NCBI RefSeq assembly: GCF_006345805.1
Contig: NW_021834388.1
Coordinates: 1-48,736, forward strand
Reading direction: 5' to 3'
Source of the DNA: Octopus sinensis
Lineage: Eukaryota
Length of the DNA: 48,736 nt
In this document: positions 22,180 through 34,757 of the stretch, in pieces
How the letters are laid out: every line of letters starts with the position of its first letter
Numbering within the stretch: the first letter of the stretch is position 1
Program-made: the position numbers and the translations under genes
Notes under the pieces: generated by a model
Seen by the model: only the letters and a program-made list of their open reading frames with translations
Database searches by the model: none
What the model was told of the DNA's origin: nothing

Positions 22180-23370
22180 CAGGGTGCGATGGGTAAATTA
22201 TCGCCATTTTATATTTTTAATATCGCGCATTGTTTGGTTTTTGATTGTGTCGACTACATAGTATGGTAGGGTCAGTTGGGCACCGTCTGTGAGAAAAAAA
22301 GCGTCATAACGCAATTTACTTTCTCAGAGATTTGGAAACGAAATGCTATACAACTTGGCATTCGCGCCGGAAGATCCAATACGAACATTTCAGAGTGTTT
22401 GGGTATCAATGTGAGGACACTGCAGAGGATTCGGAAAGAGTTTGGTGAGTCTAATGGTGATTTCGAAAATACGGCAGCTGGGAAAACCCGTCCCGATTGT
22501 TCTGATAAGAAAAGAACTCCTGAATATGTTGGTGAGATCCAGGCTATGATTGACAACGATCCCTCCAAGTCAATCAGGTCAACCGCCAAGGACGTGGAAG
22601 TGTCTGAGTTTCTTATCAGGCAAGTAGTGCATTAAGACATTCGGTATTCTTCATACAAAATGAGAAAGGGACAATTTTATACCCAAGCTATCAGTGATAA
22701 GAAGGAAGACAGCGCTACGAAGCTTTTGAACAAACTCAAGAATCCCCTACAACCACACATGCTTTAGTTTTTCTCAGACGAGAAAAAATTCTACCAGGGT
22801 CAGATGGTGAAAACACTGAACAACCGTTGGCTTGCCGTATGCCCAAAATATGTACCAAGAATGATAAAAATCAAACATCCAGTCCACATAATTGTATTTG
22901 GAGTGATGACTAGTGATGGCGACGTTATGTCTCCATTCCTCATTCCACACGGCCTCAACCTCAACACGGAGGCCTACATCAAGTGCCTAGAGGCACTTGA
23001 TGTAGGCCTCATCATCCCTTCTAACATCTGGCCACCTAACGTCCCAGACTGCATCCCTCTTGATTATGTGTGAGGCACAGTTGAGCGAGAGACCAATAAA
23101 ACTCCTTGTAACATCAAAGACGAACTGAAGTCAAGGATTATGGCAGCATTTACCTACTTAAACAAGGAGACCATCCAGAAGAGCTGCAGGAGTTTCCGAA
23201 GTTGTCTGGAGGCCGTGGTTGAGGCGAATGGCGATTTTATTAAATAAATTTACTCTTTAGTATTTCAAGATATTTTAATGTAATTTTGGTAAATATATCT
23301 GTTAAAATGAGATGTCAGTGTTATTTTCCTTTTTGCGTAATTTGGACGACAGATTATTCACCGCATCCTG
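22180..23370 (+). mobile_element. Decayed Tc1/mariner transposon, maT (DD37D)-like, with internal deletion
   Basis: TIRs CAGGGTGCGATGGGTAA / TTATTCACCGCATCCTG and TA TSD. HTH ORF 22276-22635, FFSDEKKF, NNRWLA, VFGVMTSDG, WPPNVPDCIPLDY. Contains stops, and the QQD.AP.H segment is absent. Confidence 0.9.
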
Positions 23371-23376
23371 TATATA

Positions 23377-23529
23377 GGCGTGGCTATGTGGAAAAAAACT
23401 TGCTTCCCAACCACATGGTTCCGGGTTCAATCCCACTGTGTGGCACTTTCAGAAAGTGTCTTCTACTATGGCCTCGGGTCGACCAAAGCCTTGTGGGTGG
23501 ATTCGGTCGACGGAAGCCGGTTGTATATG

Positions 23530-23597
<68 letters not shown>

Positions 23598-23770
23598 CTT
23601 GTGTCTGTGTTTGTTTCCCCATCACTGCTTGACAACCGGCAAAAGTGATCGATAGAATAAGTACTTGGCTTTAAAAAATAAGTCCTGAGGTTGATTTGGC
23701 TGACGAAAAATACCCTTCAAGGTGGTGCTCCAGCATGGCCGCAGTCAAATGACTGAAACAAGTAAAAGAA
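23377..23770 (+). mobile_element. SINE family A, older diverged copy; its tail is interrupted by a Helitron
   Basis: Homologous to 1970-2384; the tail resumes as taaaagaataaaagaa at 26022. Confidence 0.88.
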
Positions 23771-24702
23771 TCTCTTATTATAAAAGGCAGATTTTATCTG
23801 CCTCCCTTTGTCAGTTATAGAAATCTACAATATAGGATTTCTTCAATTACAATTTACTTAGCATTTTTAAGAGTAGATGCATCGGGTTTTTGCCAGGTCC
23901 ACTTTTAAAAATTTAAACTCCAATTAAGCAAAATTTACAGAAAACTCACATTCTGGTGTGTATGTCAAATGCTTTTCTTAATGTTTTTACACCACACGCA
24001 CACGCACACACACAGTGTGCAACGGAATAAAATGAAAGTAATTCACCTTTTGTAGTGAGTGACTCTTTCAGTCTGCCACTTCCTCTTTACACACTAGACA
24101 ACGCAAATAATAAATAAAATTGTAAGCTAACGTGCGTGTGTGTGAGTGTGTGTGTACGTGTGTGTGTGTGAGGGTGCGTGTGTGTGTGTGTGTGTGTGCG
24201 TGCGTGTGCGTGAGGTGTGACAGGAAAGTATTTTAGGACGAATATAAGACCTATATCGCGATGTTTCGCTTGTCGTAGCACAGGTTCCCCATCGATTTCC
24301 GTAAAAAACTTTTTTTTTTACATAAGTAATGAGAGCGAAAGAGACTAAGAGAAAGCGATTGTATGACGAGGGAAGTTCTTTTGAAGTTACCGTGCATGGG
24401 ACGCATTGATGTACATGTGTGTGTGTGGTGTGTTTGATGGAGTGTGGGAGACAGACAGTATGTTGTGTAAGTGAAGTGCTTCTGTTACTGTGTGTGAAGA
24501 GACAGAGAGAGTAATGTGTGAAAGAGAGAGATAACTGAAATTTTTTACTCGGTTTATGTGTATATGTATGTATGCATGTATGTGTGTGTGTGTATGTATG
24601 TGTGTGTGTGTATGTATGTATATATGTATGGCCGATTCAGTGTTTACATTTTTACGGAAATCGACGGAAACGTGTGCTACGACAAGCGAAACATCGCCCC
24701 TA

Positions 24703-25180
24703 TATCCAAGTAGCAGAAAGATCGCCCAAAAGTGTATTATATTTAAATGTATTTATATATTCATCTATACACAGATGTATGTATAATTGTGTGTTATATA
24801 TTTCCATACACGTAACCATTCACTCCGCACAAGTTTTTTAGGACGAAAATAAGATCTAAAGTTATCTCTAAGTAGCACAGAGATCGCCCAAAAGTGTATA
24901 TAGATATATAAATGTATTTATATATTCATCTATGCACACATGTATGTATAACGTGTGTGTATATATTCCATAGAGGTAACCATTCACTCCATACAAAGTT
25001 TTTTAGCACGAAAAAAGATCTAAAGTTATCTCTAAGAAACAGAAAGATCGCCCAAAAGTGTATATAGATATTTAAATGTATTTATACATTCATCTATACA
25101 CCAATGTATGTATAATGTGCGTGTATATATTTCCATAGAGGTAACCATTCAATCCATACAAAGTTTTTTAGGACGAAAAT
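24703..25180 (+). repeat. ~160-165-bp tandem repeat, ~3 units, inside the Helitron
   Basis: GATCGCCCAAAAGTGTAT recurs near 24720, 24882 and 25047. Confidence 0.9.
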
Positions 25181-25409
25181 ATTTATATATAAAAGAAAGG
25201 TTGTGTGTCTGTCTACTCCGATTAGATTCCTAACTACTCCCATTTTGCGATGCAGTTTAACCAAAACCGGGTATCTTATAGTCGTGATTCATATCGAGCC
25301 CTTCTGGGTATTAGCGCGCGTCTACGATGAGTCTATGATTTTACAAATAATTTCCATCATTTTTTTCCATTTTAATGCATATTTTTTAAAATAAACGGAA
25401 GTAACTCTC

Positions 25410-25918
25410 AAACTTCACACCAATATGCGTGCTCATATGCGACGTAATATCACATCAGCAGCATTTCCTCACACCCCCTTGCACTTGGCGAAGGCAAAAT
25501 ACCAGGGGATGAAAATGGTAATATTGCCATCGATTCCATTTGTACCATTGTTAAGACGCCTTCTGATCTCAGAGATGCAGTGTTCCCAGATCTACAAGCT
25601 AATTATCAGAATATGGATTGGATTGGCAAAAAGGCTATACTGGCCCCGAGGAATAAAACTGTTCACCATATTAATGATGAAATGCTAAAACTCATTCCTG
25701 GGGAAGTCTACGTATATCAGTCTATCGATACAACTCCTGACCCAGAGGACGTCATCAACTATCCAATAGAGGTACTCAATTCCTTTGAGCACCCCGGACT
25801 ACCACCACACTTTCTCAAACTTAAAGTTGGTGCCCCTATAATGCTCATCAGAAATTTGGTTCCCCCAAAACAATGCAATGGCACACGTTTGATCGTTAAG
25901 TCCTTATCTCCCACCGTA
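25410..25918 (+). pseudogene. Helitron RepHel PIF1-family helicase fragment
   Basis: KAILAPRNKTVHHIN, YPIEVLNSFEHPGLPPHFLKLKVGAPIMLIRNLVPPKQCNGTRLIV; upstream LTNMR-like motif is frameshifted. Confidence 0.9.
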
Positions 25919-26324
25919 AGCTTATATCAATATTTGCCTGAATAATCATCATAATTCAGTGCAATCATTAACAGTACTTTCAAGCAATTCAGCCCCGAGC
26001 AACGCCGGGCAATTCTGCTAGTAAAAGAATAAAAGAACATCAACTTATCTATCTTTCAATAGATATATACACGCGCATATTTAGCTATGTGTGTATGTAT
26101 GAGTGTGTGTATATGAATGGGTGTGTGTGGGTGTATGCGCGCGAGTGTGGGTGTATGCGCGTGTGTGATTGTGTGTGTGTGTGTATGTTTGTTTGTATGC
26201 TTATGTGCCTGTGTGCTTGTACGTTCGTATGTATACTTAAACTCTCGTACTCTACACTTTTAATTGTGTGTGTATTTGAATGTGTTAGCGTGTGTGTGTA
26301 TATATATGTGTGTGTATATATATA

Positions 26325-26734
26325 TTCTTTTTCTTTTCTTTTTCTTTTACCTTTAACTTGTTTCAGTCATTTGACTGTGGCCATGCTGGAGCACCGCTTT
26401 TAGTCGAGCAAATCGACCCCGGGACTTATTCTTTGTAAGCCCAGTACTTATTCTATCGGTCTCTTTTTGCCGAACCGCTAAGTGACGGGGACGTAAACAC
26501 ACCAGCAATGCTAGGGGGACAAACACAGACACACAAACACACACACATACATATATATATATACATATATACGACAGGCTTCTTTCAGTTTCCGCCTACC
26601 AAATCCACTCACAAGGCATTGGTCAGCCCGGGTCTATAGCAGAAGACACTTGCCCAAGATGCCACGCAGTGGGAATGAACCCGGAACCATGTGTTTGGTT
26701 AGCAAGCTACTTACCACACAGCCACTCCTGCGCC
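26325..26734 (-). mobile_element. SINE family A (small internal deletion)
   Basis: Reverse complement of family A; flanked by (TA)n. Confidence 0.92.
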
Positions 26735-26878
26735 TATATATATGTGTGTGTGTGTGTGTGTGTTGGGGTTGCTGTGTTCCTGTACGTACGTGCGTCCCGT
26801 TAAGGGAACGGAGTGAAGCGGTTTGCAGATTCATTCAACCCGACTCGACCTAAATAAACTGATAACAACAACCATTGC

Positions 26879-26912
<34 letters not shown>

Positions 26913-27439
26913 ACGACAACAACAACAACGACGAAAGCAACAGCACCATTATTTCGCTTCGTCTTCATTTCTTTTTTCTCACAGCTCCCCATTACACGTT
27001 TGCCAAACCAGCAATTATGACATTCACGTCTTATTAACCTTTTACCTCCCTCTTCTACCCATCTCATCTCAGTAAACTCCCTACTTTTTTTTTTTTTTTT
27101 TGTTATTTCTTCTCCTCGCATCTCCTACCACTTCTCCTTACCACCTTATCCCCCTCTCTCCCTCACTGCATCCCTGATATCTTATTTCTCTCTCTTTCTC
27201 TCTATCTCTTTCCTCTTCTTCGTACTTCATTATACGTGTGGCCAATTAACAATTAACGAATCACCTCTGATGCATTCATTCATTCATACAGTCATTCATT
27301 TCTTTTTTCTTTCTTTCTTCCTTTCTTTCGTCTATTCCTTCCTTCCTTCCTTCCTTTCTTCTTTCTTACTTTCTTTCTTTTCCTTTCCTTCTTTCTCCCA
27401 CCCTTTCTGGATCATTCCCATCTATCAGTTCCCTCCTCT

Positions 27440-27660
27440 TATTGTTCTTGCTCTTGTTCTTGTTCTTGTTGTTCTTGTTCTTGTTGTTCTTGTTCTTGTT
27501 GTTCTTGTTGTTCTTGTTCTTCTTGTTGTTCTTGTTGTTCTTGTTGTTGTTGTTGTTGTTCTTGTTCTTGTTCTTCTTCTTTCTTCTTCTTCTTCTTCTT
27601 CTTCTTCTTCTTCTTCTTCTTCTTCTTCTTCTTCTTCTTCGTCTTCTTCTTCTTCTTCAC
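27440..27660. repeat. (GTTCTT)n/(GTT)n/(CTT)n compound microsatellite
   Basis: Seen directly. Confidence 0.92.
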
Positions 27661-27964
27661 TCAGTATCTTTCTTCCCGTTGTCGCTTGCTGCTAACAAAA
27701 CCAGCCAATGACACCATAATTACGACGCAAAAAACAGCAGCAGCAGCAACAACAACATTAACGACGATGATAATGATAAAGAAAATTACCACCTTCGTTA
27801 ATTATAACATTAAGAGCTGAAGTGAAGAAAGGAGAAACATTCGATTGAGTAAAATAAAAAGAAAAACAAGTCGTTGAGTGATGTAGGGGTAAGCTGAACG
27901 GTGGAACATTATCTCACCCTCTTCTCTCTCAGTGAAAAACGAAATCAAACAGATTTATTTCTCA

Positions 27965-27967
27965 ATG

Positions 27968-28033
<66 letters not shown>

Positions 28034-28059
28034 GTAATAATAATAATAATAGTAATAAC

Positions 28060-28140
<81 letters not shown>
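27965..28140. repeat. (TAA)n array
   Basis: Seen directly. Confidence 0.95.
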
Positions 28141-28141
<1 letters not shown>

Positions 28142-28627
28142 GTACATTGTTTTGTCTTGGTATAAAAGATGGGCTACAGCAAATATTCTGCTCAATACCA
28201 CAGATTTGCTTGTCAGTTGTTTGACCTTAACCAGTTGAGCATGTCCCTTAGTGGCTGACGATATGTGCATCTCTGATCACGAGCAGAAGTAGTGGGGAGC
28301 ATCATAGCCATGTGTTGAGAGGGATTCTTTGGGGTTTGAATAATTCACCTCTGGAAACATGGGTGGTTCTTTCAACATCCTTAAACAACCCTTATTCAGG
28401 GACCTTTTGAGCGGGATGGGCTACTCAACCCGAAGAAAATTCTAACTGGGCCCCACCTGCAAGGTCATGTGCTGTTTATCTTGATATGAGATCACCATGT
28501 CGCGCATATATGGTTGTGATGCATGTGCCTGGTGTACCCTTATCAGACGGGTAGTCATGATGGGTGTATTGGGCTTCGTATATTTTACTCGTGTGTCACT
28601 TTGATGGCATGAACTGCTCTCTCACTC
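28141..28627 (+). mobile_element. Non-coding TAA-associated element (family C), copy 2
   Basis: Homologous to 9085-9568; pure (TAA)n directly at both junctions. Confidence 0.88.
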
Positions 28628-28690
<63 letters not shown>

Positions 28691-28691
<1 letters not shown>

Positions 28692-29060
28692 TGATAATGT
28701 GGGAAGAGCACCCTAATACAATCGACCACATAATCTCTGGATGCAGCTGACTGGCACCAACAGAATACTTGTAGGAGTATGACAGGGTAGCGCAGTACAT
28801 GCACCGGTCAATATGCTGCACACACAACCTCCTTCACAAAAACAATTAGTGGGAAGAGAACCCACCGCAAGTTGACCAGAACACCGAAGTTACCTTTCTT
28901 TGGAAATTCAGTGTTCAGACCGATCAGGAAATACAGATAAACCGACTCGATCTCATTACGAAAAATCATATTCAAAAGACTTATCTTCTTATTGATGTTG
29001 CTGCCCCAGCCCACAAAAGCACATCTTGAAAAACTGAGCAAATATATTCACAGTACATAT
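28691..29060 (+). mobile_element. Decayed Dong-type CCHC/REL fragment
   Basis: TIDHIISGCS*LAPTEYL*EYDRVAQYMHRSIC..N*WEENPP..FLWKFSVQTDQEIQINRLDLI..TYLLIDVAAP is colinear with the intact ORF. Confidence 0.85.
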
Positions 29061-29614
29061 GTCTGTGGAGTACTCAGCCAGTTATGCGTTAATGTAACTG
29101 AGCAGATGGTTGCCTTGATCGAACAACCGAGTACTCATCGCTGAAAACATCGGAAAATCATGTGACCGTGTGTATGTGTGTGCGTATGTCCATCTCAGTG
29201 AGTAAACGTGTGTGGTGAGTGTACATGTATATGATGACTCCCTCCCGTGAAACAGTGTTTTCCCACACATTTTCAATCTTGCTTCGTTATTCCAACTTTC
29301 ACCTCATTTGTCGCCCCTATCAAATTAATTAGACTAATTATGAAATCCATTTGTCACCCACATTTTATCTTACCCTCCATGCCAACCTCCATCATTCTGT
29401 ACAGATAATAGCCTCTTGTGCTGTCTCTATCTAGACAGAAGACATTGAAGTGAGAACCACACAACCATATGTGGGACAGCTGTGTTCTGTTGATGTACGC
29501 TACACACACACACATATAAGAACACACACACACATTCATATATGCATCTAACTGTTTCTCTCTCTCCCTCTCTCTATGTACATACATGAATACAAACATA
29601 TTTATATATACACA

Positions 29615-29662
<48 letters not shown>

Positions 29663-30046
29663 AAGTCAACAATGTTGCCGGAATCGATCCATGTCTCTCT
29701 TGCTTACCCAGTAAGCACATTACGAGTTATCGTTACAATGAATTGATTGCTTCGTCCTCTCACTCAAATACCTATCTACTGACTTGAACATTTATCTCAC
29801 CTACGAGCTCGAGTGTCTCATACACCCGTAACATACCTATGCAGTACCATGACATATCAAATAATCTTTTCTACAATAGACATAAAGTCTGAAATTTGTA
29901 TATCTATTCTTAATACGTTCCGGTAGATTCGAACGTGAATATGTTTGTCACTGTTGTCTTTCATCACAGGAGAACAACTTCTGTACAACGAATATATGTT
30001 TATAACCCTAGGCATCGGATCTGTTAATTCTAAGTAGAACCCTTAA

Positions 30047-30461
30047 GCCGGTGAGCTGGCAGAAACGTTAGCACAACGGGTGAAATGCTTAGCGGTTTTT
30101 CGTCTGCTGCTACGTTCTGAGTTCAAATTCCGCCGAGGTCGACTTTGCCTTTCATCCTTTCGGGGTCGATTAAATAAGTACCAGTTAAGCACTGGGGTCG
30201 ATAAAATCGACTTAATCCGTTTGTCTGTCCTTGTTTGCCCTCTCTGTGTTTAGCCCCTTGTGGGTAGTAAAGAAATAGGTATTTCGTCTGCCATTACGTT
30301 CTGAGTTCAAATTCCGCCGAAGTCGACTTTGCCTTTCATCCTTTCGGGGTCGATTAAATAAGTACCAGTTAAGTACTGGGGTCGATATAATCGACTTAAT
30401 CCGTTTGTCTGTCCTTATTTGTCCTCTCTATGTTTAGTCCCTTGTGGGCAATAAAGAAATA
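30047..30461 (+). mobile_element. Dimeric SINE family B with 11-bp TSD
   Basis: Full monomer 30047-30278, then a headless monomer starting GGTATTTCGTCTG; TSD AGAACCCTTAA at 30036-30046 and 30462-30472. Confidence 0.92.
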
Positions 30462-30489
30462 AGAACCCTTAATATAACCTTCACCTGTC

Positions 30490-30825
30490 TGGGTAGTTTT
30501 TTTTTCACAAGACTTTGGTTGATGGGAAACTATGGCAAAAAATACTTGCCGAAGGTGCCACGCATTTGTATTAAACAGGGAACCATGCGTTCGATAAGCG
30601 AACTTGTTAGCAATGCGGTTATCGATTGGGTAGAGTGTAATTTTAGTGTTTGGTTTATATATTTTTAAATTGATAAAATTTGTTTTGTAACACAGGCAAA
30701 GAGCAGGCCATTTTGAGAGAAATGGAGTCAGTGGAGATCATCGACCGCAGTGCTTGATGCATATTGTATGTTATCGACCTTGAAATGATGAAATGCAAAT
30801 TTGACCTCAGCGGAATTTGAACTCA
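30490..30825 (-). mobile_element. Very old SINE A-like (30490-30620) and SINE B-like (30700-30825) remnants
   Basis: tacttgccgaaggtgccacgca; ttatcgacct..aaatttgacctcagcggaatttgaactca. Confidence 0.55.
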
Positions 30826-31016
30826 TGAAGAAAATAATAACAATAAGGATGGTAATAATAATAAGCTGTGATTGTAGTCGTAAGGATTCATATTTTAGTC
30901 ATTTTGTAGACAAATTCGTTGTTAACACAGGTGACTGAACAATGAATGAAATGAAGTGAACTACTTTTTATTAAAAGGAACTACTCATTTCTATGAGGTT
31001 GGTGTGCTGTAAAATG

Positions 31017-31060
<44 letters not shown>

Positions 31061-31852
31061 TATTATTATTATTATTATTATTATTGTTATTATAAATAAT
31101 ACACGTGTAAAAAGAAGAAAAAGTGTCAATGACTTTTGCAGGTAATGCCAATGACCTTAGTAGACCGTTGAGGCAGGTGAAAGTAGATCAATGCCTGCAG
31201 GAATAACGAGTGAGAGGGATATAATAACAGTTGGTAACAGAGGAAGCTTCCTCAAATGCTTCACCAAAGAGAAGAAAATCTTATTTTTTAAAACAGTTTT
31301 TCTTGGTTGTTCTTGTCTTGTTAAAACCCTAATTACCTTTCATCAGACAGATCATCAATGATCACAGTAGATCTATAATGATCTGTCATCAGGTAGTTCG
31401 ATAGTCATCTTTAAACAGGTAGATCGGTTTCTCAAAGACCTTCAAGCTAAGACTATCCTATATTTATTTTGTCAGGAGACACGTACATGCAGATATAAAT
31501 AAATACATAGTTCTACGTACATATATATATACATTTCATACGTACATATATACATATATATACATATATATACATATATATTATGATTTGGTTTGCCGGG
31601 GTAACTGTTTTATCGAAAGCATATATTGTTGTTAAATGCTCGAAATACTAGACTAGAAAAACAGCCAACAACTGATGAAGGGTCGTTCTTTATGTTGTTT
31701 GTTTTGTCTTCCTTTGTGTCTTTCGTTGTTCGAAATAATAGTTCATGTACTTGTGCTTCGTAATTTTTGCTTTACACGTTTCGTGACGTCCTGTGCCCAC
31801 ATATGCATATATATAGGTATATATATAATATATGAATATATATATAAGTATA

Positions 31853-31927
<75 letters not shown>

Positions 31928-32147
31928 TGGAACATAATAATACTAGTAATAGGATTCATATTGCACAAAGGAAAACAACGGATATATGTCTTGTGCATTT
32001 TAAAAAAGATCCACTAATAAGTGGATTATGTAGCAACGATGCATTAATTTCAGGGGAAACTATCAGTAGTGGTGTATTGGACATATAATTGGGTACGGCA
32101 TTTTGGCTTCCAGTATTAATTATTCTACTACTACTACTACTACTACT

Positions 32148-32297
32148 CAACTGGTAATTATATTATCGACCCCGAAAGGATAAAAAGCTAGAAGCAACGT
32201 AAACCCTAGGTAGACTTTGAACTCAGTACGCAAAGATGGACGAAATGTTGCTAAGCGTTTTGTCTGTAGTGCTAACGACTCTGCCAGCTCGCCGCCA
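32148..32297 (-). mobile_element. SINE family B, partial
   Basis: ctggtaattatattatcgaccccgaaaggat..ctctgccagctcgccgcc. Confidence 0.8.
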
Positions 32298-32349
32298 TCG
32301 CAAGGAGTAATATTAATTAATGAATATACGTAATATATATTTATATATG

Positions 32350-32441
<92 letters not shown>

Positions 32442-32500
32442 TAATAATAATAATGATAATAATGATAATAATAATAATGATAATAATAATAATAATAATA

Positions 32501-33877
32501 AAACAACTCCAAAAATCGCATCGGGGCCATTAACACCCTGGCACTTCCAGTTGTCCAATACAGTTTTATTATCATTAACATGAATCTTACAGAACTCCAA
32601 CGCCTGGACAGGAAGACAAGAAAACTACTAACATCTAAGAACATGCACCACCCAAAATCAGGCGTTGATCGTCTGCGCCTACCTAGAAATAATGGGGGAA
32701 GATGAATGATGCAGGTAAGACTGAGCTATAATACCTCCACAATGGCAATGAACAGGTAATTATCTAGGAAAGAGGATTTGTGTGCGAACACGAAAACAGC
32801 AAAAAATCACATTCCATTGTCAAGGATGCTTGCAAATTTGGCAAGGGAACTCTGTGTTAACCCTGAATTAGATGCAGAACCTGAAACTATTGCCACGAAA
32901 AAAACCTCCCAAAAAACCGGATCAAGCAGACTGCAAAAAATAACGCGTATAAACAAATTGAGGAGCGGTGGATCCAGAAACCTTTGCATGGACAGTATAT
33001 ACTTTTAAATGCTGATGTAGACCAAGCAACAACCCATCAGTGGCTGAGAAGCTCAGGACTGAAAGCAGAGATTGAAGGTTTTATGTGAGTGGTACAAGAT
33101 CAAAGCTTGTCTAACAAAAACTACCAGGCTAAAGTTCTTCAAAATGGTTCTGAACCTAAATGTAGATTTTCTGAAATATTTGATGAAACAATAGACCACC
33201 TTGTTTCGAGATGTTCTTTTGCTGACACGGATACAAAAAAATCGCTACTATAGGGTAGGACAGTATTTACTTTGGAAAATATGTAAACACTACGAAAACA
33301 GTACTCCTGCTTACTGGTATGAATATCATCCTGAGTCAGTCGTCGAACGTAAAAATGTCATTAACCTCTGTGATTTTCCATTTAACACTGACAGAGCGAT
33401 CCTGGCTAATCGACCAGACATAACCAGAGAATAAAATACTTGTAGGCTAACAGATGTGTTTCCACTGATAAAAATATACCTGTAAAGGAATTTGATAAAT
33501 TAAGTAAATATAAGGCCCTAGAAATTGAAATATAAAAGATGTGGCATCTTAAAGCGAGAACTGTTCCTGTTATTGTGGGTGCCCTAGGTATAAGAAAGGG
33601 ATGTCAAAAACATCTAGATGATATCCCAAGAGAACCATGTCTCAGAAAAATCCAGAATACCACAAAAAAGTGCTGTCAAGTACTACCCATATCCTTAGAA
33701 AAACCCTATCAATTTAAATGCCTGTGTTGTATTACGTGAAGATATTTCGCTACTGCCCCTGCCACTTGCCCTCCCCAAGCTTTCAGTCCTACTGTTACAT
33801 TTCTTATCCTTCATTCGTCCGAGGAGGCTAGGTGTGTCCCGGCGAGTGATTATAGCAAACATGCAGATTAAAAGTAG
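32501..33877 (+). mobile_element. Decayed 5'-truncated Dong-type element in (TAA)n
   Basis: NSKNRIGAINTLALPVVQYSF, LDRKTRKLLT..MHHPKS, THQWLRSSGLKAEIEGF, ETIDHL, NTDRAILANRPDI, MWHLKARTVPVIVGALG; TAA arrays at 32353-32500 and from 33878. Confidence 0.9.
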
Positions 33878-33898
33878 ATAATAATAATAATAATAATA

Positions 33899-33949
<51 letters not shown>

Positions 33950-33984
33950 CAACAACAACAACAACAACAACAGCAACAATAATA

Positions 33985-34180
33985 ATCCTTTCTACTATAG
34001 GCACAAGGCCTGAAATTTTTTGGGGAGGGGACCAGTCGATAACATCGACCCAAGTGTTTCACTGATATTAAATTTATCGACCCCGAAAGGATGAAATTTG
34101 AAGTCGACCTCGGCGGAATTTGAACTCGGAACGTAGTGATGGGCGAAATACTGTTATGCATTTCGTCCTTCACAGGGCGT
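33985..34180 (-). mobile_element. SINE family B (alternative 3' tail type)
   Basis: Family B core plus tail cctttctactataggcacaaggcctgaaattt. Confidence 0.8.
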
Positions 34181-34239
34181 AGTATTAATGAATATATATA
34201 TATATATATATATCCCTTAATTTGCTGCTTTTCTACACA

Positions 34240-34450
34240 CAATCAAAGAAGATATTATATCTTGCAGAACAATCATTATTTTAAGGAGATACATCTTATA
34301 ATAAACCTGAAGACATGCATCTACTCCGATGGATACTCCTAAACTAGTTTATAAATATCCCACCCGTGAGGGGTCGATTTTAGATGAGTCGAAACAATTG
34401 TAGTGATTAATGATCATTCTCGTATCTTCCATCTTCTGTTTCACTCATTA
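34240..34450 (+). mobile_element. Possible decayed Penelope-like 3' end
   Basis: FKEIHLIINLKTCI resembles the GIY-YIG C-terminal KEALLI..LKPSLN motif, followed by GTC-GAAACAATTGTA (hammerhead-like with palindromic stem III). Confidence 0.3.
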
Positions 34451-34526
34451 ATCAAATACCCAAGAAACATTGTGAAAGTGAACATGCTTTACCAGTGAGC
34501 TACTAGGTGTACACCATACGATTTAT

Positions 34527-34581
<55 letters not shown>

Positions 34582-34619
34582 TGATGATGATGATGATGAT
34601 GATAATGATGATGATGATG

Positions 34620-34673
<54 letters not shown>

Positions 34674-34715
34674 GTAATAATAATAATAATGATGATGATG
34701 ATGATGATGATGATG

Positions 34716-34757
<42 letters not shown>

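Larger units (their letters stand above)
23771..26021 (+). mobile_element. Non-autonomous composite Helitron
   Basis: 5' TC after host A; 3' hairpin CCCGAGCAACGCCGGG followed by CTAG and host T; no TSD; contains a helicase remnant and tandem repeats. Confidence 0.88.

Noticed and set aside
24703-25180. CRISPR-like periodicity
   Set aside because: Whole ~164-bp units are repeated without unique spacers; eukaryotic Helitron context and no cas genes.
28240-28310. GTC..CTGACGA in element C as a possible hammerhead
   Set aside because: No correctly placed GAAA or stem III partner could be found.
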